The position numbers and the translations under genes are program-made. Source: Leptonemataceae bacterium (lineage in GTDB: Bacteria > Spirochaetota > Leptospiria > Leptospirales > Leptonemataceae). Taken from it: DNA of 64,000 nucleotides. The stretch lies in assembly GCA_965227295.1 (NCBI GenBank), contig OZ245742.1, positions 5,856,001 to 5,920,000 of the forward strand. Direction: 5' to 3'. A model generated the notes under the pieces. The model saw nothing but the letters and a program-made list of their open reading frames with translations, had not been told where the DNA came from and searched no databases. Below are positions 57,355-64,000 of this stretch, in pieces. Positions within the stretch are counted from its first letter, which is position 1, and every line of letters starts with the position of its first letter.

Positions 57355-57541
57355 TACCGGAGAGTAAATTTTTCTAACCGGGTTTGCTCTGATGAAGAAC
57401 TCTCAGGACACTAAATCACCCGGTCTGAAGGTTCAGACCCCTGAGGCTACCGCTCGACAATCATAAAGCAAGGATCAATGGAAGTTCCGCCTGGTAGACA
57501 AGGCCGCTCTATCCGGCAAAAGAAACACAAGTGTCAAACCA

Positions 57542-57758
57542 GAAATCGCCGATTGAATCTTGTTTTCGCAGCGGGCGTCCGGCAGGGGGGCGAAAGAGGG
57601 CCGCGGCTGTGAGTCTCACGGGCGGGGCTCCCGAGAACGCGCGCGATTTCGCCGCCCCGCTGCGAGTCTGACACGGTCCGCCCCGCGAACGCGCGCGCCG
57701 AGGCTACCGAACCTCGGCGCGCGCGCTCGCGGGCCTGTGTGGATTGTAGACCGGAGAT
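57542..57758 (-). repeat. Right 217-bp inverted repeat
   Basis: Reverse complement of 40423-40639. Confidence 0.95.
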
Positions 57759-57855
57759 ATGCGCGGATTTTCGAGCGGCTGCGGGCATGAAACGAGGGTC
57801 GATGACGTACAGTGAAGCTGTCCAGCAGAAATTCACAAAAACGGCCTCGGTGGAT

Positions 57856-58133
57856 TTGTGGCCACAAAGGCGGAGCATTTGTCGAGGCGCGTGGTGCGGT
57901 CGGGGGACATCGCGCCGGCGGAAACCGGACGCATCCCGGGGTTCACGGCCGGCCGGCGGATCTGGCGGGCGGTGCGGCCTGGTGTGAATCCGGGGATTAA
58001 GAAAACCGGGGCGGTGGCGGTCGGATCGCGGGGGCCTCGCGCCGCGGACAGCCTTCGAAGCGGGGCGGCGCGGAAATCGGCCTGCCCGCGAGCGCCGCGC
58101 GCCTCGACAAATGCGAGGGGCGTGTGGCCACAA
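57856..58133 (+). other. Multi-stem structured non-coding element (candidate ncRNA or ssDNA structure)
   Basis: 42-nt arms 57856-57897/58092-58133 pair (11+23 bp, G-U compatible); inner stems at 57933-57997 and ~58038-58072. Confidence 0.6.
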
Positions 58134-58231
58134 GAACGGAAGAGAGGTAAAGAACATCATCAGCGGCAAGGGAACCACGGACGACGGAATCAGAAAACTG
58201 TACAAGCTTGAGATGAAAAGAGACTAACTCG

Positions 58232-58348
58232 CGATCACGGAAGACGATCACGGAAGACGATCACGGAAGACGATCACGGAAGACGATCACGGAAGACGAT
58301 CACGGAAGACGATCACGCAAAGGAATCACGCAAAGGAATCACGCAAAG
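58232..58348 (+). repeat. Tandem array of nine 13-bp units
   Basis: 6x CGATCACGGAAGA, 1x CGATCACGCAAAG, 2x GAATCACGCAAAG. Confidence 0.95.
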
Positions 58349-58792
58349 AGGGCAAACATCAGATGAGGAACACTTAGAGATCCGGAGCGCCTGGCGTCGC
58401 CGGATTCAATGAGCTTGCCCGGGAGAAATCCGGCCGCTTTTCCGGGACGTGGATTCCAGCAATCGAAGACGTCGGTGCTAACTAATTTCGGCCGAATCCT
58501 AACCCCCGCCGCTCCAGCTCGTATTGGTTTTTCCAGGCAATCACGGGAAGTCGAAGTTCACAGCCAGCGCCGAGATTCCGCGCCGCGTTTCGTCGGCAAC
58601 GCGTCTCTGCTTATCGCATGCTGCGCCTGGGAACCGCCGTATACAAATATCCCATGCAGGCGAAAACCCACCGGGTCTTCGCCTGCATGGGCGACAACGT
58701 TATCGCTCCTCTTCCCAGCCGTGAGCCTGCTGCGTGCTATGCGGTCGCGGCAATGTAACACCTGACAGGCCTCTATCCCTTCCTGCCCACCC

Positions 58793-59677
58793 TCAGTCAT
58801 GACATGCCCTGTACTCTTGATCGCCCCAGTTTTTCTCGATTTGCAACGTAGTATGAGTAATCTTGAACTTTTCGTAGAGCCCTTCCCTTATCTCATACAA
58901 CAGTTGATCGTCATGCTCCTCCGGAATGATAAGATGAGCAGTGAGCGCAACTTCGGTGGTACTCAAGGCCCAGATATGCAAATCATGGACTTCTTTCACT
59001 GTCTTGAGCCCTTCAAGAAAGAGCCTTACCTGCTCATGATCAATATCTTCAGGAACTCCGTCGAGGGCCAGCCGTACCGATTCGCTCAAGAGTCCCCAGG
59101 TGCTGTAGGCAATCACAACGACAATGATCAAACCCAGAACAGGATCGATCCAGGTCGCGCCCGTGAACATGATCGCGAGGCCGCCCAATAGAACGCCAAG
59201 GGTAACACCGGCGTCCGCAGCCATGTGCAGGAACGCACCCTGGATATTCAGGTCACTTTTGCGATCTCGAAAAAACAGGAAGGCGGTGCCTGTATTTACG
59301 ACGAGACCCATGGCGGCGACAATAAAGACAGTGATGCCCGGTACGTCCGCGGGCTGGCTGAATTTCTTGACAGCTTCCAGCACAATAAAGCCGGCGGCAA
59401 AGATTAAAATAATTCCATTGAACATCGAGGCCAGAATAGTTGCTTTCCGAAAGCCATATGTGTAATTCTTTGACGGACGTTGCCCGGCCAGCCACATCGC
59501 TGCCCAGGCCAGAATGAGACCAAAGACGTCCCCTGCGTTGTGCCCGGCGTCAGCCATCAAAGCCGTCGAATCGACCGAAAAGCCATAAGCAAATTCGACA
59601 ATTACATAGATAGTGTTCAGAGCAATGCCGATAGCAAACGCCTTGCCGTACTCCATGGATGAATGTGAATGAGTCAT
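58793..59677 (-). CDS. czcD: Cation diffusion facilitator (CzcD-like)
   Basis: ADAGHNAGD, TYGF, LNIQGAFLHMAADA, VHDLHIW, HTTLQIE. Confidence 0.88.
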   Translation of the reverse strand: MTHSHSSMEYGKAFAIGIALNTIYVIVEFAYGFSVDSTALMADAGHNAGDVFGLILAWAAMWLAGQRPSKNYTYGFRKATILASMFNGIILIFAAGFIVLEAVKKFSQPADVPGITVFIVAAMGLVVNTGTAFLFFRDRKSDLNIQGAFLHMAADAGVTLGVLLGGLAIMFTGATWIDPVLGLIIVVVIAYSTWGLLSESVRLALDGVPEDIDHEQVRLFLEGLKTVKEVHDLHIWALSTTEVALTAHLIIPEEHDDQLLYEIREGLYEKFKITHTTLQIEKNWGDQEYRACHD

Positions 59678-59696
59678 CAGCCGCCCCCAATTAAGT

Positions 59697-60503
59697 TCAG
59701 TTAGCTAATTTTAGAATCCGTGTTGCTCCGCGAAAAACAACGGCAAACACGATCGCGCCCACGACCAGATCCGGCCATTTGCTTTCCAGCCAGTAGACGA
59801 GAAGTCCGGCGAGGATGACCCCGCCGTTTACAATAATGTCATTCGACGTAAAGATCGCGCTGGCCTGCATATGGGCTTCTTTGCTTCGTGCTTTCGTTAT
59901 TAGCCAGAGTGAGACAACATTCCCCAGGAGGGCCACGCACGAAACGAGGATCATCCACCGAAAGAGCGGCGTATCACCTTCGCCAAAAAACCTTCTCACG
60001 ACTTCCGAAAAACCCAGAATCGCCAGGCTTATTTGAAAATAACCGCTAATCTTCGCGACTTGCTTCTGTCGAGACGCCGCCGCCCCAACGGCCATGAGGC
60101 TCAGGCCGTATACAATCGAATCGGCGAGCATATCGAGGGAGTCGGCGATCAATCCCAGCGAATTGGAAATCCAACCGGCGAGCATTTCCGCAATAAACAA
60201 CGTAAAGTTTATGCCCAGAACAGACCACAGAATACTTTTCTGGCGAACAGGGCCGGAATTAAGCAACGGCAAATCAGACGCAGAAGTATCTTGAAGCTCG
60301 TCCTGCAGGTCCAGCTCACTGATGGCCTGCTGAATGGGCAGCACGTCCCCGGTGTAAAAGACTTCCAGCGTCCGCGCCGGAATGTCAAACTCAAGACGCC
60401 GCACCCGGTCAAAACCGGCCAGCTTCATGCGAATCATTTGCTCCTCGGACAGGCAATCCATCTGGCGAATGATAAACTTGCTTTTTTGGACACGATCAGT
60501 CAT
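59697..60503 (-). CDS. Cation transporter: HMA-like domain plus truncated CDF domain
   Basis: MDCLSEE; LIADSLDMLAD, HMQAS.IFTSND. Confidence 0.8.
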   Translation of the reverse strand: MTDRVQKSKFIIRQMDCLSEEQMIRMKLAGFDRVRRLEFDIPARTLEVFYTGDVLPIQQAISELDLQDELQDTSASDLPLLNSGPVRQKSILWSVLGINFTLFIAEMLAGWISNSLGLIADSLDMLADSIVYGLSLMAVGAAASRQKQVAKISGYFQISLAILGFSEVVRRFFGEGDTPLFRWMILVSCVALLGNVVSLWLITKARSKEAHMQASAIFTSNDIIVNGGVILAGLLVYWLESKWPDLVVGAIVFAVVFRGATRILKLAN

Positions 60504-60876
60504 AGGAGTCAACTCCTGCCTGCTCAAGAACGGCGACGAGATCCGCTTCGATTTTCATATGTTGTAGCGCAGGCACATTCGCCCCGCCCGTGTTCCCGGT
60601 CGGATAATTGTTCACAAAGGACATCGCTCCGCCGACCAACAAGCGCGGGATTTGCCCGATCACTTCTTTCGCGTTTCGATTGCGCAGACCGAAAACCAGC
60701 ATTCGCCAGTGCACATAAGTGTGCTGCCAGGGATAGGCCTGCCCGATGATATGCGCTCGTTCGAGGTGACGCCACGCGGCGGGCGAATCGCCGGCCGCAA
60801 GCTGCTTGCGATACTCCTCAAGTTCGCTCTGAAAATAAGGCCGCAGGCCGGCCGGCATTCTTGTATTGAATCTCAT
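60496..60876 (-). CDS. DUF3703-like protein
   Basis: WRHLERAHIIGQ...H..VH..ML...GQI.R...P.GNTGG. Confidence 0.8.
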   Translation of the reverse strand: MRFNTRMPAGLRPYFQSELEEYRKQLAAGDSPAAWRHLERAHIIGQAYPWQHTYVHWRMLVFGLRNRNAKEVIGQIPRLLVGGAMSFVNNYPTGNTGGANVPALQHMKIEADLVAVLEQAGVDSYD

Positions 60877-60895
60877 ACACTTCTCCTTTACGCAG

Positions 60896-63800
60896 TTATT
60901 CTACATGGCTTTGCGGATCGCCGTCCCGATGCAGCCATGAGTAGGCCAGCGGAAGTAATGCGAGCGTTGCCACGGTGGCCGTAAAGATCCCACCGACGAC
61001 GACTGTCGCGAGCGGGCGCTGGACCTCGGCCCCCATTCCCGTCGCCAGCATCATCGGGAAAAAGCCGAGGATGTCCGTAAACGCCGTCATCAACACCGCT
61101 CGCAAGCGCAGTGCGGCTCCGCGTCGAATCAAAGCGTTACCATCACTTTCTCCGCCGGCACGCAATTCATTGTAGAAGTTCACAAGGACGACCCCGTTCA
61201 GAACAGCAATCCCCGACAGAGCAATCAGACCGACGCCGGCGGAAATGCTGAACGGTAGTCCCATCAGCTGCAGGCTAACGGCGCCTCCGGCCAGAGCGAA
61301 GGGCACCAGCGCGAAGATCAACACGGTCTGTTTTACGCTACGGAAGGCCGAAAAAATCATAAACGCGACAATCAATAAAGCCAGCGGTGCGACAATCAAC
61401 AGGCGACTGCGCGCCTGCTCTAGATTGCGAAAGTTTCCGCCCCATTCCAGAAAGATTCCTTCCGGCAACCGCACCTTCGTTTCGATCGCACGCTGTGCGT
61501 CCTCGACGACGCTGGCCGTATCTCTGCCGCGCGGGTTTATCAACACGGCGGTGCGGCGCCGGGCGGACTCACGTTTAATCATGTCGAAGGCGTCGACGAA
61601 TTCGATGCGTGCCAGAGAATGTAGCGGCGCCGTAAGGTTGTCCGCCACGCCGACCGGCAGATTGTAGATCGTCTCGAAGGAGCGCCGGGCATCGCCGTCC
61701 AGACGCAGCACGACGGGAAAACGTCGTACGCCGCGATAGAGATAGCCGACCTCGGTCCCACCCAGAGCCAGTTGCACCGTATCCAGAACTTCGTGCGCCG
61801 GGACGCCGAATTGACGCAGGCGCTGTAGGTCCGGAGTTACGCTGAGAATCGGAGACTTGCCCTGAAGTTCCGCTTCGACGTCGCCCGCGCCCGGAACGGA
61901 GGAAATCGCCGCGACGAGTTGCTCGCTGACCGATTGCAGTTCGTCGAGATCTTCGCCGTAGACCTTGAGCGCGACGTCGGCCCGCGCGCCCTCCATTAAT
62001 TCGTTGAAGCGCAGCTGAATGGGCTGACTCATCAGAATGCGCTGGCCGGGGATTTCCGCTTTCAGGCGCGCGGCCAGTTCTTCGCGTAGTTCGTCCGGCG
62101 TTCGGGGACGACCCGTATCCGGCACGACCGTCCAGTCCTCCGGAGCCTTGAGCATTACGATCGTATCGGCGGTGTTCACGCCCATTGGGTCCGTCGCGAT
62201 TTCCGCGGTACCGATTCGCGAGAATACCCGGTGAACCTCAGGAAACTCTTTGATCAAATTCTGGGAAATCCTTTCCAGTTCGATCGAACGATCGATGCCG
62301 ACCGTCACCGGGCGTACAAACTGCACGGCGATAGAACCTTCGTAAAGCCGCGGAATAAATTCGCTGCCGGCGCGCCAGAGCAGTAAGGCCCCGAGACCCG
62401 GTACGATCAGCGACGAGGCGAGAATTGGTCCGCGATAGCGGATCAGGAAAGTGAGCAAACGCTGATAGAGGGCTTCCAGCCGCTGCATCAACCAGTGCGG
62501 GCGGGCGCGCCGCCGGCCTGACAGGAGCGCCCCGGCGAGAGCCGGAACCAGCGTGAACGATAGCACGAAGGCGCAAAACAGTGCGAATACGAAAGCGATC
62601 GCCATAGGCCGGAACATTTTGCCTTCGATGCCGGTCAACGTCAGAATCGGAATGAATACAATCACGATAATCAACTGACCGAAACCGGCGGCGTTTCGAA
62701 TCTCCACGGCCGCGTCGGCGACGACTTCGCGAACTTCCGGGCGGCTCAGGGTTCGGCCGAGCTCCTCTCCGCGTGCTTCCACCCGCTGCATACAGTTGTC
62801 GATAACGATCACCGCTCCGTCGATGATGATGCCGAAATCCAGAGCGCCGAGTGACATCAGGTTGGCCGAATAGCCCGCCGCATCCATCAACGCCAGAGTA
62901 CCCAGCATAGACAGCGGAATTACAAAGGCGCTGATCAACGCGGCGCGAAAATTACCGGTCAGCACGAACAACACCACGATCACCAGCGCGGCGCCGAATA
63001 TAAGATTTTCCCGCACGGTGGAGATGGTCGCGTCGACCAGCTCGGAACGATCATAAAGAATTTCAAGTTCCGCCCATTCCGGCAGATCGACCGCTATCGC
63101 TTCCAGCCGTGCGGCGGCGTCGGCGGCGACAGCGCGACTGTTCTCTCCAAGCAGCATGAAGACGGTGCCAAGCACGCCTTCCTGTCCATCGATCACCGCC
63201 GCCCCCGTGCGCAGCTCGCGGCCCGGCCGCACAACGGCGACATCACCGACCGTGACCACCGTGAGATCCGGCAGGGTGGCCACGGGCAGCGCCCGAATCT
63301 GATCCAATGAGCGAAAAACACCGTCGGCCTGCACCAGAAATTGTTCGGCAGTTTGCTGGACGTAAGCTCCGCCGGTGTTCTTGTTGCTCGCCTTGAGTGC
63401 CGCAGCGAATTCGTCGATGTGCAGACCGAAACGCGCCAGACGCGCCGGGGACGGCTGCACATGATATTCTTCTGGATAACCGCCGATCGTATTTACCTCA
63501 GCGACGCCCCGCGTCTGAAGTAGCCGCGGCTTAATGTCCCATTCTTGCAGTGTGCGCAGGTCCATTAATTGCCGCAGACGTTGATCGGAATCCTCGGCGG
63601 GTTCTTTCGCGCGCACGGTATAATGGAGGATTTCGCCCAATCCCGTCGAGATCGGGCCGAGGCGCGGCTGCACGCCCTCGATCAATTCCACGGACTGGAG
63701 TTGTTCGGAGATCAATTGTCGCGCCCGATACAGATCTGTGCCTTCTTCGAACTCCACGGTAACCTGAGAAAGGCCGTAGCGCGTGATTGAACGAACGCCG

Positions 63801-63979
63801 GCCACGCGCGGAATCGTGCGCATCGCGTTTTCGATCGGATAGGTCACATTCATTTCAGCGGTCTCCGGCGTGAGCGCCGGCACCGCCGTGTTGACCTGCA
63901 CCTGCACATTGGTAATATCCGGCACGGCGTCGATGGGAATGGAATAGAACGCGGCGACGCCGGCCAGAATCAGGCACAA
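60896..63979 (-). CDS. czcA: CzcA-type heavy-metal RND efflux permease (5' end outside the window)
   Basis: DAVPDITNVQV, GPISTGLGEI, NLMSLGALDFG, GAEVQRPLATVVVGG. Confidence 0.9.
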   Translation of the reverse strand: MCLILAGVAAFYSIPIDAVPDITNVQVQVNTAVPALTPETAEMNVTYPIENAMRTIPRVAGVRSITRYGLSQVTVEFEEGTDLYRARQLISEQLQSVELIEGVQPRLGPISTGLGEILHYTVRAKEPAEDSDQRLRQLMDLRTLQEWDIKPRLLQTRGVAEVNTIGGYPEEYHVQPSPARLARFGLHIDEFAAALKASNKNTGGAYVQQTAEQFLVQADGVFRSLDQIRALPVATLPDLTVVTVGDVAVVRPGRELRTGAAVIDGQEGVLGTVFMLLGENSRAVAADAAARLEAIAVDLPEWAELEILYDRSELVDATISTVRENLIFGAALVIVVLFVLTGNFRAALISAFVIPLSMLGTLALMDAAGYSANLMSLGALDFGIIIDGAVIVIDNCMQRVEARGEELGRTLSRPEVREVVADAAVEIRNAAGFGQLIIVIVFIPILTLTGIEGKMFRPMAIAFVFALFCAFVLSFTLVPALAGALLSGRRRARPHWLMQRLEALYQRLLTFLIRYRGPILASSLIVPGLGALLLWRAGSEFIPRLYEGSIAVQFVRPVTVGIDRSIELERISQNLIKEFPEVHRVFSRIGTAEIATDPMGVNTADTIVMLKAPEDWTVVPDTGRPRTPDELREELAARLKAEIPGQRILMSQPIQLRFNELMEGARADVALKVYGEDLDELQSVSEQLVAAISSVPGAGDVEAELQGKSPILSVTPDLQRLRQFGVPAHEVLDTVQLALGGTEVGYLYRGVRRFPVVLRLDGDARRSFETIYNLPVGVADNLTAPLHSLARIEFVDAFDMIKRESARRRTAVLINPRGRDTASVVEDAQRAIETKVRLPEGIFLEWGGNFRNLEQARSRLLIVAPLALLIVAFMIFSAFRSVKQTVLIFALVPFALAGGAVSLQLMGLPFSISAGVGLIALSGIAVLNGVVLVNFYNELRAGGESDGNALIRRGAALRLRAVLMTAFTDILGFFPMMLATGMGAEVQRPLATVVVGGIFTATVATLALLPLAYSWLHRDGDPQSHVE

Positions 63980-64000
63980 CGTTCCAACGTATACGAACGC

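Larger units (their letters stand above)
40423..57758. mobile_element. 17.3-kb transposon-like element: IS1595-like transposase module plus Cu/Hg cargo, bounded by 217-bp inverted repeats
   Basis: 40423-40639 is the exact reverse complement of 57542-57758; DDE transposase just inside the left repeat. Confidence 0.8.

Noticed and set aside
57534..58205. 223-aa minus-strand ORF as a real gene
   Set aside because: Low-complexity Arg/Pro-rich translation of GC-rich hairpin DNA; only its last part matches the transposase N-terminus, via the repeat.
58232..58348. CRISPR array
   Set aside because: Units are contiguous 13-mers with no spacers, and no cas genes are present.

Overview
GC-rich bacterial chromosome segment, most likely from a Leptospiraceae-like spirochete. 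This is inferred from the stand-alone flbD-motA-motB-fliL cluster, waaA, a DUF4416-type gene, many lipoproteins and the gene mix. Positions 1-40.4 kb are mostly core or metabolic genes (NeuB-like synthase, CLC channel, phoU, rarA, tmk, rtcA, waaA, PduO-type adenosyltransferase, motility genes, MBOAT) with dispersed REP-like palindromes. Three regions stand out. (1) 7.1-13.1 kb: a self-contained signalling locus. An ECF sigma factor sits behind a sigma54-type -24/-12 promoter with an upstream palindrome. An ECF-type promoter then precedes an acidic protein, a metallophosphoesterase, a Ser/Thr kinase and two membrane FHA proteins (one VWA-FHA). (2) 40,423-57,758: a 17.3 kb transposon-like element bounded by identical 217-bp hairpin-rich inverted repeats. 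It encodes an atypical IS1595-like DDE transposase coupled to a degenerate HNH-like protein and a basic Trp-repeat protein, and carries copper (copB, cusCBA-like, csoR) and merR cargo. Just outside the right repeat are a ~280-nt structured non-coding element and a 9x13-bp tandem array, followed by a second Zn/Co/Cd efflux cluster running off the window. (3) 3.8-4.4 kb: a tandemly duplicated non-coding unit with its own promoter-like motifs (candidate sRNA pair). No tRNA, rRNA or CRISPR array was seen. All product calls come from motif recognition by eye, not from database searches.
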